Assembly: GCA_965230955.1 (NCBI GenBank)
Contig: OZ246404.1
Coordinates: forward strand, 582,410 to 646,409
Reading direction: 5' to 3'
Source: an uncultured Candidatus Saccharibacteria bacterium
Lineage (GTDB): Bacteria; Patescibacteriota; CALEFQ01
DNA length: 64,000 nucleotides
Positions within the stretch are counted from its first letter, which is position 1. Each line of letters starts with the position of its first letter. Below the pieces are notes generated by a model, which did not search any database, was not told the DNA's origin, and worked only from the letters and a program-made list of their open reading frames with translations. Below, one piece after another: positions 19,441 to 28,973 of the stretch. The translations under genes and the position numbers were made by a program.

Positions 19441-19455
19441 CCGAAGCTGAAAAAT

Positions 19456-19488
19456 AAAAATAGCTAAGAACCTCTTAGCTATTTTTTT
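19456..19488. terminator. Bidirectional terminator
   Basis: AAAAATAGCTAAGA-ACC-TCTTAGCTATTTTT between convergent genes. Confidence 0.75.
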
Positions 19489-19494
19489 ATAACT

Positions 19495-19878
19495 TCAGGA
19501 TTTTCTCATCATCTGGCCCCAGACAACAAAAAACCACCAGCCGAATCCCCCGCAGAGCGCCGATGACGCCCAAGCGACAAACATCAATTCCGACAGCATA
19601 TTAAACAGCGGGACCAAAAATATAATCAAGCCTAAAAATATAAACATCCAAACCAGTGACCGGCCGGCGTTTTTCCCGGTGGCCGCCGCCGCGATCACCT
19701 TTCGATCGCGCCAATCAGTAAACCAACAGATAATCGCGCCGATCGGCAAACCGGCGACGGTGCCGATCAACAACAAAGGCTGATATCCGATTCCCCACCA
19801 CATACTCAAGAGATAATAAGCAAACCAAGCCAGGCCGGCCAGGCTGATCACCATTTGTATAATAAATTTTAGTTTCAT
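19495..19878 (-). CDS. Hypothetical membrane protein
   Basis: Four hydrophobic segments. Confidence 0.7.
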   Translation of the reverse strand: MKLKFIIQMVISLAGLAWFAYYLLSMWWGIGYQPLLLIGTVAGLPIGAIICWFTDWRDRKVIAAAATGKNAGRSLVWMFIFLGLIIFLVPLFNMLSELMFVAWASSALCGGFGWWFFVVWGQMMRKS

Positions 19879-19882
19879 GGAA

Positions 19883-20542
19883 TTAGGGTAATTTTTTTGA
19901 CACAGCCTCATCAATCGCGTCCAAATTCAAACGGCCTTCGTATTTTTCGCCATTGATATATAGCGTCGGCGTGGCATTGACTCCGGAACGCAGGCCGCCA
20001 TCTTTCTGGCTCGCGACCAAATCCTTATATTTGCCGCTATTCAATTCGTCTTTGAATTTATTCATATCAAGACCCAGCGACTGGGCCAGTTCATTTAGCT
20101 TTTCTGCGGTCAGCGTGTCCTGATTGGCAAAGACTTTCTGAACCATCTCCCAGAACTTTCCCTGGGCGCCGGCGGCTTCGGTCGCCTCGGCGGCTTTTTG
20201 GGCCAGTGGATGGCCGGCAATCGGAAACTGGCGAAAAACAAAACGAACATCGTCCGGATGTTTTTCCAGAAGCTGATCCACGGTTTTCAATTCAAATTGG
20301 GCGCAAGCCGGGCACTGGAAGTCACTGTAAACCACCAAGGTCACGCGGGGATCAGAGGCGCCGCGCGCATGATCCTGATCGCTGATCGGCTCGGCCAAGG
20401 CATTGTCATAACTCGGCTGAATATTCTCACCGGTCGTGTCCGCCGGGCCGCTGGAAAAATAAATTCCCAGCCAAACAACCGCGACAATGGCGGCAATGAC
20501 GAGGACGGGAATGATTATTAATTTTGGTTCTGGTTTGGACAT
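19883..20542 (-). CDS. DsbA family protein
   Basis: YSDFQCPAC, QGKFWEM, GVNATPTLYING. Confidence 0.92.
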   Translation of the reverse strand: MSKPEPKLIIIPVLVIAAIVAVVWLGIYFSSGPADTTGENIQPSYDNALAEPISDQDHARGASDPRVTLVVYSDFQCPACAQFELKTVDQLLEKHPDDVRFVFRQFPIAGHPLAQKAAEATEAAGAQGKFWEMVQKVFANQDTLTAEKLNELAQSLGLDMNKFKDELNSGKYKDLVASQKDGGLRSGVNATPTLYINGEKYEGRLNLDAIDEAVSKKLP

Positions 20543-20552
20543 AATTTTTCAA

Positions 20553-20603
20553 GTCTTTGGTCTTTAGCTGTTGGTCTTTGGCTAAAAACCAAAGACTAAA
20601 GAC
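20553..20603. repeat. Family A heptamer hairpin
   Basis: gtctttg gtcttta gctgttg gtctttg gc taaaaac caaagac taaagac. Confidence 0.88.
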
Positions 20604-20842
20604 TATTTTAGAGCTTTATCAATCTCATCTTTATTAAATCCCAAGATCATCTTGGCGCTTTCGCCCTCGCCGATATAAATGACCGGCACCCCCATCTGCC
20701 CGCTGCGCTGGACGGCTTCTTCGGCGTTTTTAGGATCGCTGACGTCTTTTTCTTCGTATTTGGCGCCGATCTGGCTGAAATACTGCTTGGCCATAGTGCA
20801 ATAACCGCACGACGGCGAAGTGTAAATAAGAATCTTTTTCAT
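20603..20842 (-). CDS. Glutaredoxin / NrdH-like redoxin
   Basis: CGYC, SGQMGVPVI. Confidence 0.92.
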   Translation of the reverse strand: MKKILIYTSPSCGYCTMAKQYFSQIGAKYEEKDVSDPKNAEEAVQRSGQMGVPVIYIGEGESAKMILGFNKDEIDKALK

Positions 20843-20848
20843 GAAATT

Positions 20849-21145
20849 TTATTTAACGAATAAACTGCCGATAGGATAAAAAATATAACTCAGAGGAGTC
20901 GAGACGGCTCGGTCCCAAAATCGAGCCAGTCCCGAATCGCGTTTCGAGGCGTGATAGAAACACTTCTCTCCGCAACAATCCTTTTGATCACCGGACGATA
21001 ATTCGCCGGACTGATTGAATTTACATTTCAAGTAAATCAAGCGTTCGCTATAATTGACGTGAAAAACACTGACATCAAGGCTAACCAAAAAACAAATTAC
21101 AATTAATGCGATAATAAAGATTTCACTGATGACATTACGCCACAT
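20849..21145 (-). CDS. Hypothetical membrane-anchored protein
   Basis: 98-aa ORF with N-terminal TM, in operon context. Confidence 0.55.
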   Translation of the reverse strand: MWRNVISEIFIIALIVICFLVSLDVSVFHVNYSERLIYLKCKFNQSGELSSGDQKDCCGEKCFYHASKRDSGLARFWDRAVSTPLSYIFYPIGSLFVK

Positions 21146-21223
21146 AGAGTCACTTGTTGATTTTAGCCTTTTTCTTAAGCACTTTCAAGGGGGAACTAAT
21201 CACCCAGGTGTTGATAACATCGG

Positions 21224-21490
21224 TCATGACTTCTTTTTATCGCGATAGACAAACCCCGGACCATTGGAATCTACATCTCCATCCGCTTCCTCTGGCTGAC
21301 GTAGCTTTTTGTCAGGAAAGTTGTCGGGATGCACATCGCCCTCAAACTGGACATTATCTTCTTCCGCGCCGGCAGAATCGGTCGGCTTCTTTTTTTCCGG
21401 ATCCTGGAAAACATCTCCCAATCTCATCATTTCCTGATCTTCCGCCGTGAGCCCCAAGTCTTTGGGACTGACTTCACGATGTTGTGGCAT
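21224..21490 (-). CDS. Hypothetical acidic protein
   Basis: 88-aa hydrophilic ORF. Confidence 0.6.
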   Translation of the reverse strand: MPQHREVSPKDLGLTAEDQEMMRLGDVFQDPEKKKPTDSAGAEEDNVQFEGDVHPDNFPDKKLRQPEEADGDVDSNGPGFVYRDKKKS

Positions 21491-21500
21491 AAATTTAAGT

Positions 21501-21555
21501 TAAAAGGTAAAAGGCAAAAAGCAAAAACAATTTTTACCTTTTACCTTTTGCCTTA
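21501..21555. repeat. Inverted heptamer hairpin, family C: (AAAAGGY)n / (RCCTTTT)n
   Basis: taaaagg taaaagg caaaaag caaaaac ... tttttac cttttac cttttgc ctta. Confidence 0.82.
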
Positions 21556-21912
21556 GGGATGATCAAGTACTCTCGGCTTTGTTGATTTTATTTTTTCACC
21601 AATCAAAACCAAAATCGCCGCGACCATGAAAGGCACGCCGGTCAACAATGCCGGTAAAAACTCATCGCCCAGCGCCTTGGAACCGTTGTAAGTAGACAGC
21701 ATGATGCCGACAAAAGCCAGCCAAATCGGCATGGGCTCTGGTTTAAACCAAGTAAAGATGGAGACTGAAACCATTCCTAGCAAAAGCGCCAGAAAAAGGA
21801 ACGGTAGTGTTCCCTGTCCGCCGAGAAATTCCCGGCCGGCCAGGTAGACATAGAAAACCGTTGCCAGCGCAGATATCAACGCGCCGATAATTGTCAGAAC
21901 GTGTAATTTCAT
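21553..21912 (-). CDS. Hypothetical membrane protein
   Basis: Four TM segments. Confidence 0.72.
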   Translation of the reverse strand: MKLHVLTIIGALISALATVFYVYLAGREFLGGQGTLPFLFLALLLGMVSVSIFTWFKPEPMPIWLAFVGIMLSTYNGSKALGDEFLPALLTGVPFMVAAILVLIGEKIKSTKPRVLDHP

Positions 21913-21916
21913 ATTT

Positions 21917-22735
21917 TTATACTTTGGCTTTCATGAGGGGGCTAAAAAGCCAGCACAATAAAAAACTGACAAACCCGATCAAAACAATCGTCGCGCCCGA
22001 CGGCCAATCCAGCAGATAAGACGCGATCAAACCGACCACGACCACCGCCAGCGCCAAAATAACAGCATTGCGCTTCATCCCCTTAAAGGTGCGACTAATC
22101 AGCTTAGCCGAAGCCGCCGGAACAATCAACAGCGAGCTAACCAGTATGACTCCAACCAGCTTAACTCCCAAAACGACCGCCACCGCCAAAGAGACATAGA
22201 GAAAAATCGTCAGCCAGGAGGTTTTCAAGCCTTGCAATTCCGCTTGCTGGCGATCTAGTGACAGCAAACCCAGTTTTCGTCCCCAGAGACTTAGCAAGAT
22301 CAATAAAACTGCGGCCACGATTGTGATAATCAACGATTCGTCCAAAGTAACCGCTAGAATGTTGCCAAATAAATAACTGAGTAAATCCGGTTGGTAGCCC
22401 GGTATGACATTGATTACAATCACGCCCAGGGCTAAACTGGCCGTGAAAAAAATCCCAATCAGAGCATCGGAGCTGAGCCCTGTTTTGTGTTCAAATAAAT
22501 ACATCAGGAGAGCGATGCCGATCGCCCAAAGAACGGCCACCCACAAAGGCTGCCAACCAAGCAAAAGACCAAAAGCTATACCGGCCAGCGAAGCATGCGC
22601 CAGTCCGTCGCCAAAAAATGCCATACGTTTGATGGAAACATAAATGCCCAGCACGGCCAAAAGCGCGCCCAAAAAAAGTCCGGCAATTAAGGCCCGTTGC
22701 ATAAACGGAAATTGGAATATCTCAAGCAGAATCAT
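21917..22735 (-). CDS. znuB: Zn/Mn ABC transporter permease
   Basis: RMAFFGDGLAHASLAG, LLSYLFGNIL, PSGATIVL. Confidence 0.9.
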   Translation of the reverse strand: MILLEIFQFPFMQRALIAGLFLGALLAVLGIYVSIKRMAFFGDGLAHASLAGIAFGLLLGWQPLWVAVLWAIGIALLMYLFEHKTGLSSDALIGIFFTASLALGVIVINVIPGYQPDLLSYLFGNILAVTLDESLIITIVAAVLLILLSLWGRKLGLLSLDRQQAELQGLKTSWLTIFLYVSLAVAVVLGVKLVGVILVSSLLIVPAASAKLISRTFKGMKRNAVILALAVVVVGLIASYLLDWPSGATIVLIGFVSFLLCWLFSPLMKAKV

Positions 22736-23441
22736 GGTGGTGAGAATAAGTGACCGAATTTTTGCCGTACATCGCCTGCAGGGCGGATTCATTTAAAACT
22801 TGGCCCGGACTGCCATTGCACAGAAGCTTTTGATTCAGACATAAAACTTGCGAAGCATAGCGATAAACAACTTCAAATTCATGGGAAACCAATACCACCG
22901 TCGTCCGGTGTTCTCGGCTGACGTGCTGGATCACCTGATAAAGCGTCTCTTGACCGCCGGTATCAATGCCGCTGGCCGGTTCGTCCAAAAAAAGAATTTG
23001 CGGCTGATCCAATAAAGCCCGCGCCACCAACACCCGCTGAAATTGCCCGCCCGACAATTCTCGCAACAACCTTTTCTGCATCTTGGTCACGCCCAGCCTC
23101 TCGTATAAATCCGTGTGCAGGCATCGCCGAGAAAAACACTCCGGCGAGGATAACTGCAAAAACTCGCCGACGGTAATCGGCAAAGTGCGATCGATTTCCA
23201 AACGCTGGGGTACATAGCCGATTTTTCCTCGAGAAGCTGCCGGCGGCCGGCCAAACAAATTAATTTTTCCCCGGTAGGGAATAAAGCCCGCCAGCGCCCG
23301 CAACAAAGTCGTTTTGCCGGAACCGTTCGGGCCAATAATCGCCGCCACCGCGCCGGCCGGTATCTCAAAACTAACATCAGTCACCACGGGCTGGGGGCCG
23401 AAAGAGACAGTTACATTTTTTACTTGAACCGCGGTTGGCAT
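22722..23441 (-). CDS. znuC: Zn/Mn ABC transporter ATPase
   Basis: GPNGSGKTT, GYVPQR, LSGGQFQRV, His-rich tail. Confidence 0.9.
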   Translation of the reverse strand: MPTAVQVKNVTVSFGPQPVVTDVSFEIPAGAVAAIIGPNGSGKTTLLRALAGFIPYRGKINLFGRPPAASRGKIGYVPQRLEIDRTLPITVGEFLQLSSPECFSRRCLHTDLYERLGVTKMQKRLLRELSGGQFQRVLVARALLDQPQILFLDEPASGIDTGGQETLYQVIQHVSREHRTTVVLVSHEFEVVYRYASQVLCLNQKLLCNGSPGQVLNESALQAMYGKNSVTYSHHHDSA

Positions 23442-23451
23442 CTGTTTTTTC

Positions 23452-23475
23452 AGGGGTAGCCTTAAGGCCACCCCT
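23452..23475. repeat. REP-like palindrome
   Basis: AGGGGTAGCCTTAAGGCCACCCCT between mtnA and znuC. Confidence 0.5.
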
Positions 23476-23477
23476 AG

Positions 23478-24518
23478 TTAGGCCGCCGAAATTTCGGCCG
23501 GATCATGTATGCCGGTCTCGGTAATTATCTTTGTGATATATTTGGACGGAGTTACGTCAAAAGCCTGATTTAGAATGGGCAGAGCCGAGTCGATGAATTC
23601 AGGGTTGAGATAGCGCCAGAAATCCGCCGCCGGTCGAGTCTCGATCGGTATCGCCTCGCCCGTCGGCATCGCGCGATCGATCGTCGCCTCCACTGCCGCC
23701 ACGTAAAAAGGAATCTTGTTTTCCCGGGCTAAAACCGCCAGCGGATAAGTCCCGATTTTGTTGGCGACATCGCCATTGGTTGCGATTCGATCCGCTCCCA
23801 CCAAAACCGCCGATATCCGCCCCGCTCTCATAAGCGATCCCGCGGCGTCATCGGCAATCACGTGAAAATCAATCCCCGCTTGTTTCATCTCCCAAGCCGT
23901 CAAGCGCGATCCCTGAAGTTGTGGGCGGGTCTCATCGACGATAACCGTGAAATTTTTACCTTTTTCTTGGGCGGCATAGAGCGGAGCGGTAGCCGTGCCG
24001 TACCAAATGGCCGAAAGCGAGCCGGCATTGCAGTGCGTCAGTATCGTCATTTCGGAAGTTATCAGCTCTTGACCATACTGGCCCAGCCGGAGATTATTGC
24101 TCACTTCCGCTTGGAGAATTTGACTAGCCTCGGTATATAAAACTTCTTTTATCGGCTGATCTTTTGCTCGGGCGGCAGCCGACAGCATTTTATCGACGCC
24201 CCAGGCCAGATTAACCGCGGTTGGGCGGGTTTCGCGCGTCAAACGGTAAGCTACGACCTGCAAATTCTGCATCACTCTTGAATGATCACCGTGATCCGAT
24301 ACCGCCGCCAAATACATTCCCCCGATCCCCGCCGCGCCGATCGCCTGCGCCCCGCGCACTCGCATTGTTTTGATCGCGGCTATGACATCATCCACCGTCA
24401 GCAAATCCAGCCGGACTAATTTTTTCGGCAAGAGCGATTGGTCGATGATTCTGACGCGATCAGGAAAAATCTCGACCGTGTGAGGCAATTTGTTCTTTAA
24501 CTTTTCCGAACTGGTCAT
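23478..24518 (-). CDS. mtnA: Methylthioribose-1-phosphate isomerase
   Basis: MRVRGAQAIG, RPTAVNL, THCNAG, ETRPQLQGSRLTAWE, GADRI, NKIGTY. Confidence 0.95.
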   Translation of the reverse strand: MTSSEKLKNKLPHTVEIFPDRVRIIDQSLLPKKLVRLDLLTVDDVIAAIKTMRVRGAQAIGAAGIGGMYLAAVSDHGDHSRVMQNLQVVAYRLTRETRPTAVNLAWGVDKMLSAAARAKDQPIKEVLYTEASQILQAEVSNNLRLGQYGQELITSEMTILTHCNAGSLSAIWYGTATAPLYAAQEKGKNFTVIVDETRPQLQGSRLTAWEMKQAGIDFHVIADDAAGSLMRAGRISAVLVGADRIATNGDVANKIGTYPLAVLARENKIPFYVAAVEATIDRAMPTGEAIPIETRPAADFWRYLNPEFIDSALPILNQAFDVTPSKYITKIITETGIHDPAEISAA

Positions 24519-25071
24519 AAAAAAGTCCCAGCTTATTAAGAGCGGCTTCGAATGTTTCTCCAGCGATAAAAATACCGTGATTTTTAAGCAAAACAACTTG
24601 ATTATGGCCGATATTGCCGGCGACTTGCTCCGCCAAGTCCAGCGTGCCGTAAGGCTGATCGGGCAATAAGCAATTCGGTCCGGCCAGCGCCTCGTAATCG
24701 GTAAAACCGGACAAATGCGCGTGAAAAATAAAATTATACTTCGGGCATTTCTGATAACTCAAAAAATGCGACCGGCATTCCGAACTGGGCGGATACTCTC
24801 CCCGGTAGTAAACGGTATCGCCGTCGGCTTTCAGCACTTTGGAAAAATCGGTCGGTTGCAAATTATCGATATAGGCGCCGGTCCGCTTGATGATACAGCC
24901 GTCAGCCGTCCGTCCGCTGAAATTTCCGCCGTTCAAATCCAGGAAACCCCATTTCTGATAAAAGTCTTTCAGGCTAAAAAGCTGCTGGATAATTTGCTTT
25001 TCGTGTTTATCCGGATGCCAATCGCCTTTCTTGACCGCTTTGAATTTTACGCCGTGATAATCTTCACTCAT
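24460..25071 (-). CDS. Class II aldolase/adducin family protein
   Basis: GGNFSGR, PSSECRSH, FHAH, YGTLDLA, LKNHG. Confidence 0.88.
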   Translation of the reverse strand: MSEDYHGVKFKAVKKGDWHPDKHEKQIIQQLFSLKDFYQKWGFLDLNGGNFSGRTADGCIIKRTGAYIDNLQPTDFSKVLKADGDTVYYRGEYPPSSECRSHFLSYQKCPKYNFIFHAHLSGFTDYEALAGPNCLLPDQPYGTLDLAEQVAGNIGHNQVVLLKNHGIFIAGETFEAALNKLGLFYDQFGKVKEQIASHGRDFS

Positions 25072-25810
25072 TGGTTTTGATTAAGGCGGTCAACGCAATT
25101 TCAGCCGCTTTTGTTTCTTGATCGACCAAATTGCCTTTCTTGGCCAACGCTTGTTCGGCGTATTTCAAAATGCCGTCTTGGATATCTTTGGCGCCGGAGC
25201 GATTGACGACCAAAAAGACGCAGCCGGCTTTGGCTCCGCGGAGCCGCGAGACCAGCAAGACCGTCGAGCCTTCCATTTCCTGAGCCAAGACTCCCATCTG
25301 CCCCAGCTTTTCTTTACGCTCGAACAGATTGGGCGCGTAAAGTCCGTCCACGGAAACGGTGGTTCCGGTATGAAAAGGCGTCCCGGCCTCAACCGCCGCG
25401 CGCCGCAATTCTTGAAACAAATCAAAATCAGCTACCGCCGGCAAACTTGCCGGAGCGTAAGCAAATGTCGTCCCGTCGCCCCGCACGATGCTATCGGGAA
25501 TGACTAATTGTCCGATCTTAACCGCAGGAAGCAAACTTCCGCAAGACCCGACTCGAACGATTATTTTCACGCCGGTACGAATCATTTCTTCCACCGCAAT
25601 CGCCGCCGATGGCCCGCCGATCCCCGTCGAAACAATGGCCACCGGTTTGCCCCGGTAAATACCGCGCCAACTGACAAATTCCCGGTTCTGAGCCACTTTA
25701 ACCGGACTGTCCAACAATCGAGCTAAGCGAGACACCCTAGCCGGATCGCCGACAACGATAGCGCGCTCGGCTAGATCACCGGTATCACATAATAAATGGG
25801 GTTGTTTCAT
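25064..25810 (-). CDS. Nucleoside phosphorylase (NP-I, Udp/DeoD-like)
   Basis: VGDPARV, NREF, STGIGGPS, RVGSCG, QEMEG. Confidence 0.9.
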   Translation of the reverse strand: MKQPHLLCDTGDLAERAIVVGDPARVSRLARLLDSPVKVAQNREFVSWRGIYRGKPVAIVSTGIGGPSAAIAVEEMIRTGVKIIVRVGSCGSLLPAVKIGQLVIPDSIVRGDGTTFAYAPASLPAVADFDLFQELRRAAVEAGTPFHTGTTVSVDGLYAPNLFERKEKLGQMGVLAQEMEGSTVLLVSRLRGAKAGCVFLVVNRSGAKDIQDGILKYAEQALAKKGNLVDQETKAAEIALTALIKTNE

Positions 25811-25815
25811 GATTG

Positions 25816-25873
25816 GTCTTTAGTCTTTGGTCTTTAGTCTTTGGCTAACGACAAACGACCAAAGACAAAAGAC
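25816..25873. repeat. Family A heptamer hairpin
   Basis: gtcttta gtctttg gtcttta gtctttg gc taacgac aaacgac caaagac aaaagac. Confidence 0.9.
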
Positions 25874-25934
25874 GATACTTAGACTTTCTTTTTATCTGCG
25901 TGTATTATATCATTAGAAGCTAACAGAGCCAAAT

Positions 25935-26924
25935 ATGATCAATGGAACCAAAATCAAGGCGGAAATGAAGAAACTAGGCCAGCCGGACTATCGGCTGACC
26001 CAGGTTTTTCAAGCAATTTACAACCACGGAGCGGCTTCTTTCGATGATATCCGCCAATTTCCGGCCGATCTGCGCGCTCAACTGAAAGACTTCCCGATAG
26101 TCAATCTCCAGCGGGCGGAAGCGGAAAAGCGTCCCGAGGCGACAAAACTGTCACTGAAAACAGTTGACGGTTTTTTGATCGAAGCGGTCGTCATTCGCAT
26201 GCGCGATTATTATACCGTTTGCTTGAGCACCCAGATCGGCTGCCCGATGCAATGCGCTTTCTGTAAAAGCGGATCGATCCCCTTTCAGCGCAACCTGACC
26301 GCGGAAGAAATTGTCGATCAATTTCAACTTCTGTTTAACACCGTCAAACAAAAACCGCGCAACGTGGTCCTGATGGGTATGGGAGAACCTTTACTGAATT
26401 TCGATAATTCCTTGAAAGCGTTGGAGCTGCTTCATGATCCCCAACGCTGGAATATCGGCCAGCGGCAGATGACAATTTCCACCGTGGGAGTCAAAGGCAT
26501 GATCAGTAAATTGGTCCGCGCCAATATCCATCCCCGCCTAGCGATCAGCCTGCACGCGCCCAACCAGAAAATTCGCGCCCAAATAATTCCGGCCGCCAAG
26601 ACATTTCATCTGGCCGACCTGCTATCGGAAATCAAGGAATACGAACAAGCTTCCAAGCATCAAACGACTTATGAATACGTCATGCTGAATGGAATTAATG
26701 ACCAGCTCTATCACGCCGAGGAATTGGCAAAATTGTTTGATCCGAAAGACAGTATGATTAATTTAATTCCCTATAACTCGGTCTTTGCCAAATACCGATC
26801 CTCCTCGCCCGAGCAAATAAAAAAATTCGCCGGCATACTCCGTAAAACCTTCCGCCGAGTCACCATCCGCCAAAGCGCCGGGGAAAAGATTGCGGCGGCT
26901 TGTGGGCAATTAGCGTATAAATAA
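25935..26924 (+). CDS. rlmN: Radical SAM RNA methyltransferase RlmN
   Basis: CPMQCAFC, MGMGEP, ISLHAP, AACGQL. Confidence 0.93.
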   Translation: MINGTKIKAEMKKLGQPDYRLTQVFQAIYNHGAASFDDIRQFPADLRAQLKDFPIVNLQRAEAEKRPEATKLSLKTVDGFLIEAVVIRMRDYYTVCLSTQIGCPMQCAFCKSGSIPFQRNLTAEEIVDQFQLLFNTVKQKPRNVVLMGMGEPLLNFDNSLKALELLHDPQRWNIGQRQMTISTVGVKGMISKLVRANIHPRLAISLHAPNQKIRAQIIPAAKTFHLADLLSEIKEYEQASKHQTTYEYVMLNGINDQLYHAEELAKLFDPKDSMINLIPYNSVFAKYRSSSPEQIKKFAGILRKTFRRVTIRQSAGEKIAAACGQLAYK

Positions 26925-26926
26925 AT

Positions 26927-26956
26927 GTAGGGGCGACCCCGCGTGGCCGCCCCTAC
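26927..26956 (+). repeat. GTAG-type REP palindrome
   Basis: GTAGGGGCGACCCCGCGTGGCCGCCCCTAC. Confidence 0.8.
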
Positions 26957-26968
26957 AACCACACTCAC

Positions 26969-27466
26969 ATGAACCCAATCTCTGCTTTTAACAAAATCCG
27001 CGACATCCCCTACCAGATACCACTTTCTTCAAAAGAAAAGGACTGTTGTTGTGGCGGGAAACATCGCCAGCTAAAAGACCTTCTCGCCAAGTGCAATTAT
27101 GAGAGCCGCTATCGCATTTGCACTTTTCGTTGGAGCCAGCTGTCATTACCACCTGAATTATTGGCGGTACAACACGAGGACTTATGCACGCATGTTTTTC
27201 TAGAAGTGAGACTGCACGGCCAGCTGATCATGGTTGATGCCACTTGGGATCCGGGATTAAGAAAAATTCTGCCAGTTAATGACTGGAACGGGAGCTCCAA
27301 CACTACGCTCGCGGTACCTCCGATCGAAATTTTCACCCCAGAAAAAAGTGCGGCACTAATGGTTCACACCACTGACAATGACATTCTAAACGAAAAAGAT
27401 CTGAAGACAAACGGCAGATTCTACCAAGCGTTTAACGAATGGCTTGAGAAAAATCGCCAGCATTAG
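26969..27466 (+). CDS. Transglutaminase-like (Cys-His-Asp) protein
   Basis: CGGKH, HVFLEV, VDATWD. Confidence 0.7.
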   Translation: MNPISAFNKIRDIPYQIPLSSKEKDCCCGGKHRQLKDLLAKCNYESRYRICTFRWSQLSLPPELLAVQHEDLCTHVFLEVRLHGQLIMVDATWDPGLRKILPVNDWNGSSNTTLAVPPIEIFTPEKSAALMVHTTDNDILNEKDLKTNGRFYQAFNEWLEKNRQH

Positions 27467-27515
27467 CAAACTACAATAGCCCAATTGCTCTGAGGCTTTT
27501 TTTGTTTAGAAAAGG

Positions 27516-27543
27516 TTGACTTTTTCGGCAGTTATGGTATAGT
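27516..27543 (+). promoter_or_regulatory. sigma70-type promoter
   Basis: TTGACT-16 nt-TATAGT with extended TG. Confidence 0.65.
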
Positions 27544-27586
27544 TGTCAGTCGTAAAATTTCAACCTGAAAGGAGGATAAACAGGTT

Positions 27587-28426
27587 ATGAATCAAGAAAA
27601 TAGGGTGACTCGTGAAAGTATTTTCGAAAGTGCAGTCATGTTCGCGTGTATACAAGTAGCAATTCTGGGATGTGCCGGCTGGTTGTTCCAGCGTTACTTT
27701 CCACTTAATGAGGCACACATCATTCCCTTTGCCTGGAGTTGCCTGATCGGATTGTGGATTCTTTCCCTGGTCATGTGCTTTCTCTTTGTATCCTTTCGTG
27801 TCCGCGCAGTCCAACGGGAAAACGATACGGCCAATGAAATCTTGGCGAAGCAACGCGCGGAGCAAGATAAAAGGACTCAAGCACAACACGAACGCGATCT
27901 GAAAGCAGTTGATCGAATCAGTTTTGAGCAAGGAGAAGCCGCCGCACATATCAGCTACTTACTGCCAGAAATCTCATTTCACCTTTCGATACTCTGCTAT
28001 CGTTTCATTTTACAGCCTCTTCCCCGCTCAAGTGAATCGAATCAAGAAGTGTTCTTCTGGGATAATCAGGAAAAGAGCACGGTCGAAATCAGTATTCAAG
28101 ATAACGAGAGTTCCCAGCAATCTTGCGCTTTCGTCACTCTGAGAAAGGATCGACTGCGGGTTATTCATGATCCCAAAGTGACAGTCCCGCAAATAACCCG
28201 CATCCAGATGATCGAGGAAGCAAACGAGTCAAATCTGAATCACGAGAATTCCCCTTATCACAATCTGGACGTATCACACCTGCGTCGAGTGCGTGACAAA
28301 ATTAGCGACATAGTTGATCACCCTCTCGGTGCCTACCCAGACCATTTATTCAAACAGATTCTGGAAAATGCTTTTCTGGTCACCATCACTGCCCCGCCCG
28401 AACCAGCCGAGACATCTGCCGATTGA
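27587..28426 (+). CDS. Hypothetical membrane protein (orphan cassette)
   Basis: Two TM segments plus coiled coil; SD GAAAGGAGG; hairpin at about 28449-28479. Confidence 0.75.
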   Translation: MNQENRVTRESIFESAVMFACIQVAILGCAGWLFQRYFPLNEAHIIPFAWSCLIGLWILSLVMCFLFVSFRVRAVQRENDTANEILAKQRAEQDKRTQAQHERDLKAVDRISFEQGEAAAHISYLLPEISFHLSILCYRFILQPLPRSSESNQEVFFWDNQEKSTVEISIQDNESSQQSCAFVTLRKDRLRVIHDPKVTVPQITRIQMIEEANESNLNHENSPYHNLDVSHLRRVRDKISDIVDHPLGAYPDHLFKQILENAFLVTITAPPEPAETSAD

Positions 28427-28535
28427 ATTTTACGACCAATGACAACTCTCCCCTCCGTCGCACTGACCGAGGGGAGTTTAATTATCTAAAAAACAGCCCG
28501 AGATCGGACTGTTTTTTCGTTGTGCAGATTTATTA

Positions 28536-28685
28536 CTAGTTCGTCGTCGCATTCGGCACTACACCCATATTTATCAGCGCACTCTCAATCCCCAAATATT
28601 TGTAACCGACAAAAGCCGTGATTCCGGCGACAATAATGATCGCGATAATAATAATCAAAAGGATTCGCCTGCCTCGCGTCGTCAT
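28536..28685 (-). CDS. Small single-pass membrane protein (49 aa, not in ORF track)
   Basis: MTTRGRRILLIIIIAIIIVAGITAFVGYKYLGIESALINMGVVPNATTN. Confidence 0.6.
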   Translation of the reverse strand: MTTRGRRILLIIIIAIIIVAGITAFVGYKYLGIESALINMGVVPNATTN

Positions 28686-28718
28686 GAATTTTCATTTAAT
28701 TGATAATCCAACCATCGA

Positions 28719-28865
28719 CTATTTCGTCATGAACTTATTGCATCCGCCTTGCGGAATCACATCGTGCCCGAAACATTTGCCTGATTTATCGTCGACTTTT
28801 TCATAAAATTTGCACTCGGCGCAAGTTTTACCTTGCGGCGCTTTAGGCGTGTACTGAACGTCCAT
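28719..28865 (-). CDS. Small four-Cys HiPIP-like Fe-S protein (48 aa, not in ORF track)
   Basis: MDVQYTPKAPQGKTCAECKFYEKVDDKSGKCFGHDVIPQGGCNKFMTK. Confidence 0.68.
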   Translation of the reverse strand: MDVQYTPKAPQGKTCAECKFYEKVDDKSGKCFGHDVIPQGGCNKFMTK

Positions 28866-28973
28866 GGGATTTTATTTATTATAAATTATAACTAACGGAT
28901 TTTATACCAGCCACCGATCTCCGCTGATGACTTGTGAATAAATGAAAATAAATCGTTCGCCGATAAAAACCAA

